DNA from: Utricularia gibba
Lineage: Eukaryota; Plantae; Magnoliophyta
DNA length: 64,000 nucleotides
Assembly (NCBI GenBank): GCA_002189035.1
Contig: NEEC01000026.1
Coordinates: 62,001-126,000, forward strand
Direction of reading: 5' to 3'
Each line of letters opens with the position of its first letter. Position 1 is the first letter of the stretch. Under the pieces are notes generated by a model. It had not been told where the DNA came from. It saw only the letters and a program-made list of their open reading frames with translations, and did no database searches. Below are positions 52,386-64,000 of this stretch, in pieces. The position numbers and the translations under genes were made by a program.

Positions 52386-55300
52386 ATGGTATCTTTGAAG
52401 GACCTACAGCGACTGGCGAATGGCTTCTCGCTTGTGGCGAAGGAGGGCCTCACCCGTTTCCCTAATCGTGGAACAGAGGATATCCTGAAAGCCGTCGTCT
52501 TATCCGCATCTGATGTTGCCGGATTAACCAAAGGGAAGACACGCAGCCTTGAAAAGCCGGCGACCCAGGCTTATGGCAAAGGAGATGCAAATCCGAAGAG
52601 GGATAGTGTTGTCTACTTTACGAATGATCCTCCTAGCCAAGCCTCCACACCAATATTCGAGGATCATCTCAAGGGGGAATCATCCAGTCACGGTTCTGAA
52701 CCGAAATTGGAGACTCGTCCAAAGGAGTTGCCTTGTGGCGTTTCGGACTCCATTTCCCATGATCAATCATTGCCCATTGCAGATTTTCCGCCTCCTGAGA
52801 TGGGCGCTAAACCAGTGGTGCCATCGGATGGAAGCCTATCCCACGGCCAGCCAGTGCCCCCTGTGTACTCCCCGCCTTCTAAGATGGATGTTAATCCGGT
52901 AGTAGCATCGAGTGTTTCAACTACGGCGAAGAGGAGGATACGTGAGCGTAGAGTTCCCTCTACTTCTTTCTCCAGAGCAATTGGGTTGGATTTCAGTTTT
53001 CTACTCGAGCGAATTTTCGGTTTTATGATTGATTGCCAAAATAAATGAAGCTTGTTGAGTTGTTTCTAAAATGTGGAATCTACTGCACTCTTCTGGTTAA
53101 TGAAGGTTTGCTGGTCTTGGAGCTGACATTGCTTGGGGGACTCTGCAGGAGTCAGCAAGGAGGATCATGTTTGGTCGACCTAGCTCAGAGCAGCATTCTC
53201 TTTCGCCATTCTTATCTGAGAGGAATGCGGAACGTTTAGCTTTGGCTCTATGCAGAATGCGTGGAGCAGCATTAAAAATAGGCCAGATGTTGAGTATCCA
53301 AGATGAATCCCTTTTACCTGCTCCTGTACGTGAAGCCTTTTTCTGTCTTGATTGAAGCTATATATATTTCCATTCATATTCGTAAGACAAGTTCATGATA
53401 TTATCCCGTTAACCTGTGGCTGCTATCTTAGATCTTGGCAGCTTTGGAAATGGTTCGACAGGGTGCAGATAAGATGCCTAGGAGTCAGCTAAATCAGGTT
53501 TTGGATGCTGAATTGGGTCCCAAATGGTCAACAAAGTTAAGGAGTTTTGATTATGAGCCAATGGCTGCAGCAAGCATTGGGCAGGTGATTTGTTAAGCAT
53601 GGTAGTATCACTGCTTGCTACAATTTGGTTTACCGTGGGCAAGGGAAAAAAAAACTGATTTCTCACATGAAAAAATGTATCCTGTTTCAAATGCTGCCTC
53701 AGGACACATTGACAACCATCCACTTTGTTACAGGTCCATCGGGTTGTCATGAAAGATGGCTTGCAGGTTGCCATGAAAATTCAGTATCCTGGAGTTGCAG
53801 ACAGCATTGAGAGTGACATTGAAAATGTCAAATTGTTATTGAAGTATACGAATTTGATACCTGAAAAGTTGTTTCTTGACAATGCAATGAAGGTAAATGT
53901 CACCTTCATTGTAAGCGTGAATTCTATGTGGCTCATACAAAATCATGGACTAGAAAAATTCATGATTATTCGAGTAACGGAAGACTATCATTTGTTTTCT
54001 CTTACTGGACATTACTTGAGTACTAGATAATATTTATTTCCATTATGCCTGGAGAGATCTGAAATGCATCTACCTATTATGTGTGAGCTTTACACTGCCT
54101 AACCTTTGGCAGGTTGCAAAAGAGGAACTTTCTCGTGAGTGTGATTATGAATTGGAAGCACAAAATCAGAAAAGGTTTCGTAGCCTGTTGAAAAATACTG
54201 AAGGTTTCTATGTTCCATTTGTGGTGGATGATTTATCAAGTAAAAGAGTTCTTACCACGGAACTGGTTCCTGGTATGTGCGCTCTTTCCACATTGCAGTT
54301 CTGTGTTGTATGAAATTATGTGTTTTGGAGATTTTGTCCTGCTCAGGTGCTTTCCTTGATGAGGTGAGAAGAAGGGTATTCAATAATTTAACAACCGTCA
54401 TATTAATGATCCAATTAGAATGTTTTGATATGTTTGGTGCAGATAGTTTATGATTTACAATATCTGTGAAACTTTGCTTCTTATCATTATTTTGATGCTG
54501 CGGTAATGTTTTCTTCTTCTTTTTTTTTTTTGAAATCCTAGGGATTCCTATTGATCAGGTGGCATTGTTGGTCCAAGATACTCGAAATTATGTTGGGCGA
54601 AAGTTGCTTGAGCTTACTCTAATTGAATTATTTGTCTTCCGGTTTATGCAGGTTACCCCATTAGTTTTTTTCTTTCTGGTTTAATTATTCTGATTTTGCA
54701 GTGTTTTCATGCTTAAGTTATTCCCTAGTCTGTAAAGAACTCGACTAGCATTTATCATCTGCAAAAAAGGACCATATCGGGAATCCTGCATTGGTGTATT
54801 CGTGTTTGACTTTTCTGCACGGGGCACTTCTATTCTTCCAAACTGTGGTTTTCTCATTTTGTATGCTTATTTGTCTGTCCTTGGTGTTCCCAATGATGCA
54901 GACTGATCCAAATTGGAGCAACTTTTTGTATGATGAATCAGAAAAGTCTATCAATCTTATTGATTTCGGAGCAGCTAGAGACTACCCAAAACACTTTGTT
55001 GACGATTACTTGAGGATGGTTAATTTCTCTCCCTTACAAAGAATGCCTTAACTATTCCTTCACCTTTTGAGCTTATGGTACATTAGAAGTGAGTTTTACT
55101 GGTGAATCACTTTTTCCAACTCTCTAGTGCTGATCATGGAGTACGATTGGAGTTTATATGGATACATATTTGACAACATCATGCCTTCTGAATAGCTAGA
55201 TAAATGCCAGTATAGATATTGGCCTATGCATGCCTTAATCTTGAATCCAGTGGCCCTTTGGAAATTTGGAGCTGAGGCATTTTTTTACACAGGACATGTT

Positions 55301-55741
55301 GAAATACCCAGTTGGGGTGCTAATGATTCCTATGAAATTGTTTGATCAGGTTCTTGCTTGTGCAAATCGTGATAGAGATTCAGTGATAGAGATGTCAAGG
55401 AGGCTCGGGTTTCTTACGGGAGAGGAAACAGACGTGATGCTAGACGCCCATGTCCAGGCAGGCTTTGTTGTTGGGATCCCGTTTTTCCATGCTGGTGGCT
55501 ATGCTTTTGGAACAAGCAACATAACTCAGAGCATTTCAAGTCTGGGGGAACAATGCTGAGGCACAGGCTGACTCCTCCACCCGAGGAGGCATACAGTCTG
55601 CACCGCAAGCTCTCCGGGGCATTCCTCGCTTGCATCAAGCTCAAGGCCGTTGTTCCATGCCGGGATCTTCTACTTGAAGTTTACAAAAACCATGAATTTG
55701 GTGAAGAGAGTGATAAAATGCTGTCGGGGAGTTGGGTCTGA
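52386..55741 (+). CDS. COQ8: Mitochondrial ABC1/COQ8-type atypical kinase (At4g01660-like)
   Basis: Exons ~52386-52984, 53107-53324, 53431-53584, 53734-53892, 54112-54272, 54542-54651, 54902-55018, 55350-55741. [60 protein letters not shown]. One -1 frameshift at G5 55544-55548. Confidence 0.95.
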
Positions 55742-55885
55742 TGGGTCACGTGAATTATTATTCTTTCCTGAAATAATGGCCCTCGGAGAAGAATCCAAAG
55801 GCCGGGCAACGTAGTTCAAAGCATTTTCATTGTGCATTGAGGCTGGAAAGTAGTATGCCGGAGTCGGTGAAATATCTGTAAGAAT

Positions 55886-56541
55886 CTACGGAGACAACAA
55901 TTTGATTTGCATCTTTCTCCTTACAAAATAATTGGCGGAAACAGCCCGCCCCTCAGCTACGTCATCTGGCCTTTGGTTTCTTCCTTTGCACCTCTCAGAA
56001 ATGGTCTCCAGCTTCGGTGACCACAACCGATTTCTACAACCCACGACTTCATCGTAGCGCTTCTGCAGCTCCGGCGTGTTACACAGCCGTCTCGCCGCGG
56101 GAGGATCGGGTCCTTGTCCCAAGTGATCAAACTCGCGATGGATTCCTTGTCCACCTTGATCACGCCCCTGCCGTCGGATCCCTTGAGATACTGGAACTTG
56201 CAATCGTGGAGCCTCAAGGGCAGCGCGCCCTTGTTTCTGGACGCCAGCGCCACCAGGGAAGACACCGAGAAAATACCGTTGTTGAAGCAGTCGACGGGAA
56301 GTAGAAAATACGTTTCGCCGGGTCTGAGGCGATCGTCGAGGGAGATCGCCGGAACCCGGCTGCCGAGGATGAAGGAGTCCGCGTGGCAGACGAGCCCGTT
56401 TGGAAGGAATTGCGACAGCACCTGGCCGCCCAAGTGTTTCCCGCCGTAGAGAACCCTCGTGGCGCCGCCGTGTGATACGATCTTTATGCCGGTGGGAGAC
56501 GGGGGCGCGACGCAGGGAACAGAGAAAGGTGCATTGCCCAT
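55886..56541 (-). CDS. DUF4228 (PADRE) domain protein, intronless
   Basis: MGNAPFSVPCV..GKHLGGQVL..VCHADSFILG..LRPGETYFLLP..FQYLKGSDGR. The family C-terminus LCNTPELQKRYDEVVG..WSPKLETISE lies in the adjacent frame, requiring one extra base near 56108-56120. Confidence 0.85.
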
Positions 56542-56934
56542 GCGCGGGAGTCTGTTTGTTTCACACAAATGGGAGATGCTCGGCCTGATAATTAGTAAAT
56601 ATATGCGGAGAGGGAGAGAGAGACACGCGCGTTGAAATTCAGTGTCAAAGTCCCCGCGGTTCAAACGTGGGGCGGCGGTCGCAGTCAGCCCTCTCCCACA
56701 CCCCCAGCCGCCCAAGACTGGGCTGCACGCCAGCCTCTTGATGTTCTCGATAACACACGGAACGTAAGTTAGGAAAAGAAGACTCTGGTGGTGCGGTCAA
56801 GTCGACCATTTTGACTTGGAATCTTGTTCCATTCCGCACGTGTCGCCGGATGGCTCGATGAACGTTCAACCATAAAAACAGCTACACGCACTCCCCATCT
56901 CACGAGTTTTGAATGTCATCATCCTTCCACTTAA

Positions 56935-57459
56935 TCACTGCTGCATAAGCCGGGCGAGTGCTCCTGCAATACCACCTGCTACAAGCCCAACAGCTGCTAC
57001 TGCGATCCCGATGCCCATCACTCCATCTACAGGAGCAAAACAACGCTGATTCCATTGCTAAAGCCGAGATACAAAACACATTTCCAGCAGCAGGGGCGAG
57101 CAACCTTTTGTGATACTATGTTCTATCGTCTTCTTCAGAGAAATAACCGATTTCACCTTCGAACATGGAAATTCCACGGTGCACATCATCCTGTCGTCTG
57201 GAATGGACAAGGGCCCGAGCCAAGCGCATGATGCACTCACTCTTCACTTTCTCAGAAGACCCATTCTCAGCTTCGGCATTCTCACGCTCACAACCCTGCA
57301 CACATGGATACTCGCTCTTAACCTTATAATCATCAACCAGGAGTTGCACGCATGAATTGGCTTCGACACTACTAGTGAGGCATCTCGATCATGAGGAACG
57401 CGTATCCAGAAAAAATAAGAAGCGGAGGAAAAACATACGATGTGCGAAAGTGCAAGCAT
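56935..57459 (-). pseudogene. FIS1: FIS1 (mitochondrial/peroxisomal fission 1) copy with internal deletion and divergent first exon
   Basis: Exon 57295-57157 gives GCERENAEAENGSSEKVKSECIMRLARALVHSRRQDDVHRGISMFE. Orphan piece 57141-57105 gives SLKKTIEHSITK. Last exon 57026-56935 gives DGVMGIGIAVAAVGLVAGGIAGALAR. The second-TPR exon (YLLAVGYYR) is absent. Putative first exon 57459-57373. Confidence 0.8.
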
Positions 57460-57535
57460 GTCAATCAATCAAAAAAATTGCCATTGCTGACTTCTACCAT
57501 ATTAGAAAGTTTGCACATGAATACAAACATATTAA

Positions 57536-58893
57536 TGATAAGTGATTTTGTATCGTTTCAAAACATATTTTTACATTACTCTTAAATATTATTTTTACTT
57601 ATCTTATACTCCATTTTCTCATTATTTTCAATTGATTTTGTATCTTTCATATTACTTTGATCTTTTTGGATAGAAAGTGTATTTTGTGGATTTTTTTTGG
57701 ATCAATTTGAGGAGAAATCAAGATACACCAAATTATGGACTTGATGGGCCACGAATCTCAACCCAAGACTTGGTCACATGATGAAGATTTGATCCAAGAT
57801 TCGTGGATAAGATAGAGATATGAAAATGATCTTCGAAAATTTGAATAGAAGATCTTATCCAAGTCCATCAACACAAGTCCAATATGAAGACTTGGATCTA
57901 ATCTCCTATAGATACCCCACTCTCTCAACCATTAAAGACGTCTTTGACTACTTTTCCGTTGTATCTTTCATATTTTCGTGTCTATTTTCATATTAGGATA
58001 TAGTATGTGCGTATAGGCGCTTACGACTGAGGATCTGTGGTGAAGCCTTGTATGCACAAGTCCTGCGTGTGTGACTGTTTTACTATGTTTTTCGACATTT
58101 AAATTGAAGTTTGATTTTGTTTTTCGTAATGTTTTCTTTACCTACGTGCTCTTTAGTATCACATAATCCAAAAGGAGTATGAGAGAATCAAAGGTTGGCC
58201 TCAAGCACCTAAGGAGAAGAGCTCAATCGGACATCGTTAGTAAGACACATTCTGTCTAATCTGTCTACGAGGTGTAAGGTGTAGGGGTTAGATTTGGGTG
58301 TGGGGAAAACATGGGTTATCACAAGAGGTGAAAATGGCTCTGGTGGCGTGGTTGATTCCATAATCCCACAAAACGAGGGACGGTGCTAAAACGGTCACCG
58401 AGTAGCATTACTTTAGAATAACACTCCAAGAGCTTGTGCAAGCAGGTCAGTCTTCAAGGTTTGCACACGTGCAAGGAACGAGTTTTGAGCAAGGTGTATC
58501 TTCGATCCAAGACCACTTTTCTTATTGTTTTTAAACCCAAATCTTTCTTGTGTTTTTGGTCTTTTTAAGTCTTTGTTTAAAAAGAAAATTCCAATAACAA
58601 TTCTCTATGAATACGATCTTATTTTATTACTTCGACGGTTTCTGTGTACTTGCGGAGTCACCATCAATTAATTCACAGAGCAATGTGGACATTGCCATGA
58701 ATGTTGATAACAACTTTAAATGTATATATATTTGTCCAAGTATACACGTTAGAAAGTTTGTACTGTATTTGATTAATTTTAATTTTTTTCATAAAATCTT
58801 AATTTTCATATGCATGCTAAAGCAAGAAAAGATGTTTTCTAGTAAAATCAATGACTTTTAATTTATGCAAACAGCACCCAAGCAATGCATGTG
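57536..58893 (+). mobile_element. Old Gypsy (Athila-like) LTR/non-coding remnant, continuing at about 60063-60300
   Basis: Starts TGATAAGTG, is similar to the ~24800-24970 segment, and is interrupted by the solo LTR at 58894. No matching TSD found. Confidence 0.5.
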
Positions 58894-60057
58894 TGATAAA
58901 CAAAAAATTTACAATGTCGTTAAATATGTAAATTCACGTATCAAATAAATTTTATAAACCTAATTCACATCTATTCATACAACAAATATTAGCATAGTGG
59001 ATTAGGGTCGAACAAAAGAGCTGATACTTGTTACGTGAAAATCAGTGCATTCAATAAATGACACAATTGAAAGATTTAGTTTAAATTATGACTAATAGTT
59101 TCACAATAATACATAGAAAGACAGCTAAAGGGTAAAAGCAGTTCTTTTTCTAAACTTAATCAAGGTGATTTTTTGGGAATTACAAGGACTACATGCTTAT
59201 CACTAAATTAATCTCATCTAAATCACAAATTATACATATAACAAGCAAAAGTATAGATTTACCCAAACTTTTGTTTTCCCCTAGTTTTTAGTCTACCTCT
59301 AATTAGAGTTTTTTAAGATTATTGTCACTACTTTCTCCTCCTGAATCTATCCTGGTTTTTTAAATAGTGTGATTTATAGCTAACAAGATCAAAAAAATGA
59401 TTTGCACACTATCCCCTCATTTTGGTCCCAAGTCATCCCTAAGTGCTTAGCTACTTATACTAAGAGAAAATAAAATACTTTTATAATATAACATGAAAAC
59501 CATCTTTGTTTCACAACTTAAAAGCAAGTAAAGAAACAATAAAATAAGTAATAATTGAAATCATAAATAGTTGCATGAAAAAGTTAAAACTATTTTGAGC
59601 TAAGAGTTCTTCATAAGCGAAAGAAGTCTTTAAAAGAGGGCTTGATTTTTTATTTGTGTTCTTTGTTTTTCCCGTAAGTTTTCTAGATCTCCTCCCATAA
59701 GTCTGTGGTGTGTTATTCTACGCTCTCGAGATATTTTCTCCCTCTCATGATGTCCAAAATCCATCTTTTTATCTTTTTGGATTTTGGTGTATTTCCTTTT
59801 AGTTTTTGCCCATATCTTTTGCAATTTTACTATTCTCTTTCAGCTCTTTAGAATTTGGGTTTTTGACATATGTTGGCTCAAGAAAACAATTAAAGCTAAG
59901 ATGGGAACTAAATCTACGATTTAGTCTCAACTAGAAATAAATGATACAAATGGTGGTGTTAATAACAAAAACATAGAAATATACAATAAAATCTGAATTT
60001 AATACTAAAATATAAGTCATTTTCTTATTATTAAACACTAAAAAATACGTGTTATCA
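58894..60057. mobile_element. Solo LTR (same family as 29961-31122), 1164 bp
   Basis: TGATAA...TTATCA termini; TSD ATGTG at 58889-58893 and 60058-60062. Shared blocks include CCCAAG.CA.CCCTAAGTGCTTAGC and GGTCGAACA.AAGAGC. Confidence 0.9.
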
Positions 60058-60307
60058 ATGTGACAATAAAATTACTTAGTGCTACACCCTAGGCCTGAAT
60101 AAAAGTATTTTCTTTGTGTCATACATATTTACATGAAGTGAAAGCAAACACAATTGACCTTGGTTTTTAAAACAAGTGGGTGTTGATATGAGCATCTTGA
60201 AAAAGAATGAGAATATGTTGTATCATCTCATATCATGAAAATGGATTTCTTCCAGCATTGCTGCATGTATTTCTATACAGCCAAATATATCCCTTTTTGG
60301 TAAATAC

Positions 60308-60592
60308 TAGGGATGGGGAGGGGTGGGTTTGTTGGGTTTTTTTTTGAAAAAATCCATTTAGTTAAATGTAAGTAAATTTGGATTTTATTTTATTTTATTT
60401 CAAATATTATATACTAATATAATTTGATGTATAAATATTATTTCACTACATCATCTATTTTAATATTATATATTAATAGGATTATAATACAAACTTTTAC
60501 AATGAAAAAACTTAATTAATTTTGGGTCTTTTTTAAGAAAAACCCAAAACCCATTTTCGATTTTTGAAAAAATTGGGTTTTTTCCACTTCTA
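60308..60592. mobile_element. hAT-like MITE, 285 bp
   Basis: Ends TAGGGATGG / CCACTTCTA (imperfect TIR); subterminal TGGGTTTT and AAAACCCA motifs; flanks GTAAATAC and ATAAATGC (6/8 match, both differences transitions). Confidence 0.55.
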
Positions 60593-60851
60593 ATAAATGC
60601 CGGATTCACAAAGTGTCGATGTATATCACATCGACACATTCTTTTATTGTAGACTAGACATTATTTTCCTCACCTCATTAATGATGTGGTTTGAGCCACA
60701 CATCTAAAGGCACTAATTGAGAATGTCATGCGAAAAGCCAAAAAATACAAATTGGACGTGAACTTTTATCATTGGATGGATGTATTAAAGAAGACCTCAA
60801 TGAAGGCGTGAGAGATTATGTGAAAAGTCAATTTGAGTATATAGTCTACGA

Positions 60852-63587
60852 TAGAGGTGGGGACGAGTCCGACTCGTACAAGTTCGAGTCGAATAAGATG
60901 AGTCAAAGTCGAGCCAATTGACTTGATAAGTCCAACCCATCACGAGTTGACCCTTGACTTGACTCGTGTACGAGTGATCAAGCAATAATTCCACAAGTAT
61001 GCAATGAAAAATTAACTAAACATAACCATACTAGTAGTATAATGCGCAAGAAGATAGAAGACAAATTTGTTACTTGCGCTTTCCTCAATAGTTCCACAAG
61101 CATATAATTCAAGAATAATGAACCTTACTATAACAGATAAACATGTTGTTAAAAAAAACTTATAATCTATAGAAATGTAATCAGTTGCAATTCAAAGAAA
61201 AAAAATACCATAATATATATTAATCAACAACTTCTTTCTCTTCATCCACTTCTTCATCATCCTCATCACATGTTATCAAGTTTTGTAACTTTTATTCAGC
61301 TTGCAACCAATCCTTTAAGCATACACAAGCCTCCAAAGTTTTTGGTGCTAAACATGATCTCTTCTCTGTAAGAGCTCTTCCACTAGCACTAAAAGTGCTC
61401 TCAGAAGCAACTGTCGAAGCTGGAGGTGTGAGAATATTCTTGGCAACCTGTGACAAAATAGGATAATAGGAGAACTGGTTTTTCCACCAATCAAGTATAT
61501 AAAGTTATCCCCCTTGTTGCCATGTAGTTGATGCATTGCATTATACAATGCAACCTCACTAGCTCTTGTTCCTGCACTAGAACAAGTAGAAACCTACATC
61601 ATAGACCAATAATCATCTGTGGTTGAAACCATGACATTGTCATTCTTAGCCTCTGATTGGCCAAATTTCACAGCATCTGCATTAAGATCATATAACTCAT
61701 ATAAGTGATCTAAAGTTGAAAGAGTAGTCTCATGCATATTTTTAGCACTCAAATTCACACCAATCATGTGAAGAGAATTATAAAATGCACAATACACATT
61801 CAAACCAACAAGTAAGCCTAATCCTTTAACTCGAGAATCAATCATGTTGGCCACTAGCAATAAAGAAGGAATAGGATCATAATATTTCATAAACTTTGGA
61901 ATCATTTTTTTAATAACATAGCCAAGAAAATCATCATTATAATATTTTTGAAATAAGAAAGTAATGCTAATCAAAGCTGGTAGTACCAAGTGAGTAGTAG
62001 GATAATACACACCATTAAATAACAATGTATAATGATGGATAACAGAAAGGAAATCAACAAAAACCTCAAACTTATCAAAATCTGCATCTTCAACTTTACA
62101 ATATAAGTCATCATGCATATCTATAAATGTTTCAATAACTTATGTATATGGAAGAAAAGATCAAAGCATATCAAAAGTAGAATTCCATCTAGTGGGTAAA
62201 TTATGCTTTAAAGTTTTAAATGAAATATTATTAACCTCACACAAACGTTTAAAAGCTGCTTTTTTAATACTAGAAATCTTTAACACATTAACTAACTTGC
62301 GCACAGAACTAAGTAAAGTATTAATTTCAGGAATTTACAAATCATCTTGAACACACAAATTTAGAATGTGACATGCACATCTAGAATGAAATAAGGCACC
62401 AGCCAACATAGGATTCATGGAATTTTTCAGAGATTTGATAGCACTTCAATTATTAGATGCATTATCAAGAGTAATAGAGAAAATGCGATCAAGTATAGCA
62501 TATTCACGACATATATCAGTAATTAAAACAGCAATACGTGCACCAGTGTTAGAATGATCCCAAGGTCAAAACCCAAGAATTCTCTTTTCAATGACCCAAT
62601 CAGAATTAATCCAACAAGCAGTAACAACAATATAGTTTTCACCATTTATACCACGCCAACTATCACTTGTCAAACAAAACTTGCATTTAATTGATTGAAA
62701 TAGAGAGATCAAAAGTGCTTTTCGCTCATGGAATTGTTCTAAACAAATTCTAACAGCTTTTCTTTTAGAAAAAGGAACAAATTGAGGCTGCATTCTGTTT
62801 GTAAAAAAAATTCATAATAAATGGATTCTCAACTTCCAAAAAAGGTTTTTCACTAGCAATTAAAGCAATCACATAATCAACTTGAGCCATATTTGAATCA
62901 AATGTAAATTTGGAACTAATACTACCATTGACAACATGTAATTTTGATTGTCTAAGATTTGAAGTATCTCTATCAAGATATTTGTTCTTAATATGACGTA
63001 AAAAATTGGAAGTAGCACCACCTTACCATGCTTATACGAAATTGAAAAATACTTATAGATTACCTTATGTTTCTTCGTATCATGCACAAAGAGGTCATGC
63101 CAATCCAACGAAGATGATTTGCGCTTGTTCGAGGTCGAAAAAGCTCCTCCGACATCTCCGACACATTCATCCTCCATTTCCACAACATTGATGTCAATGT
63201 TTTCATCGTGCGGCCGTGGGACAGAAGGGTTCGATGATTCAACTATATCCAAAGATTATGCAGAAACAAACTAGCGAAAGCAATTGGCTTGAAAATCGCA
63301 CTAAAAATGTGTAGAAAATGATACAATTGAACTTTTTCAAACCTTAGATTTGAGATGCTCTCTTTTATTGATTAGACTTGGGCGTAATAATTGGGTTCAA
63401 GAAAAAGAAAAGTAATCAATTATTAGAGTATTCCAAAATATTTTTTACTTTAAAAAAATTGAATTAAATCGACGAGTCGACTCGTACTCATGCACGTGGA
63501 CTCGACTCATACTCATTTCCACACGAGTACGAGTCACGAGTTAACTCGCCGGGTCGACGAGTTAACTCGTACTCATGCCCACCTCTA
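60852..63587 (-). mobile_element. Full-length hAT DNA transposon (2736 bp) with degenerate transposase
   Basis: TIR TAGAGGTGGG (10 bp perfect, about 17 bp imperfect); perfect 8-bp TSD GTCTACGA at 60844-60851 and 63588-63595. Transposase relics at about 63250-61220: BED-like start, CLTSDSWRG, YYPTTHLVLPAL, and dimerisation domain DWWKN..YPILSQVAKNILTPPASTVASESTFSASGR..CLKDWL. Confidence 0.96.
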
Positions 63588-64000
63588 GTCTACGACATAT
63601 TTCGATGCTGAATTAAAGTGTGAAATGTTACTACACAACAATGTCAAATCATTCATTTCTACATTAAAGAATGCATATAATTTTCCACTCTTTACGATGT
63701 TCATTAGTGTAAAATGTTATTTTGCAACTCCATTTTCCCATAAATGAGATGAAGCCACCAAGTTTTTGATGTGTATGTGTCCAAATATTGTAAAAGTAGT
63801 CAATTTGCATTCAATGAAGGCAACATGAGCATTGATAATCCAATACAGTGATGATCAGTGTTGTTGTTTTGTTGACTTCAATTGGTTGTAGTTTGTGGAT
63901 ACCTATTTTTGGAGTGATCATTTTCATGTTTTCTATCAACATTTCATCATTTGATGACTAAGTGATAATTCATTTAAAAATGAAGATATATTGTGGAATT

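Noticed and set aside
55957-56715. 252-aa ORF as annotated by the track, with a long N-terminal extension and aberrant C-terminus
   Set aside because: Family similarity starts at MGNAPF (ATG 56541), and the true C-terminus is in another frame after a probable 1-bp error.
60860-63580. Short repeated motifs that might suggest a CRISPR-like array
   Set aside because: They are irregular subterminal repeats of the hAT element, with no constant repeat-spacer period, in a eukaryotic genome.

Overview
Flowering-plant nuclear DNA (species not identifiable from sequence alone) in which compact, short-intron gene clusters alternate with AT-rich transposon blocks. Genes in order: 5'-partial BRCT/PHD protein (At4g02110-like, +), TPR/DnaJ protein (-), SAR1 GTPase (+), RING-CH E3 ligase (+), decayed POT1 (-), group-I GSK3/SHAGGY kinase (-), plastid SRPBCC/polyketide-cyclase-like protein (-), full-size ABCB transporter (+), plastid SecA1 (+), mitochondrial ABC1/COQ8 kinase (+), DUF4228/PADRE protein (-) and an internally deleted FIS1 (-). 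Mobile elements: a complete old Ty1/copia element with both LTRs, PBS, PPT and TSD; a second copia remnant; two same-family solo LTRs, each with its own 5-bp TSD; a Harbinger Myb-ORF remnant; a hAT-like MITE; and a full-length hAT element with a perfect 8-bp TSD. I found no rRNA, tRNA, CRISPR array or known miRNA, and no convincing new multi-gene system. The best second-look items are the POT1 copy that stops right after OB1, the FIS1 copy whose deletion could be rescued by in-frame splicing, three GC-AG introns, a duplicated splice donor in GSK3, and a long unexplained ORF in the TE block. Five -1 frameshifts at short G/C runs are probably assembly errors. All exon coordinates, translations and counts were done by hand.
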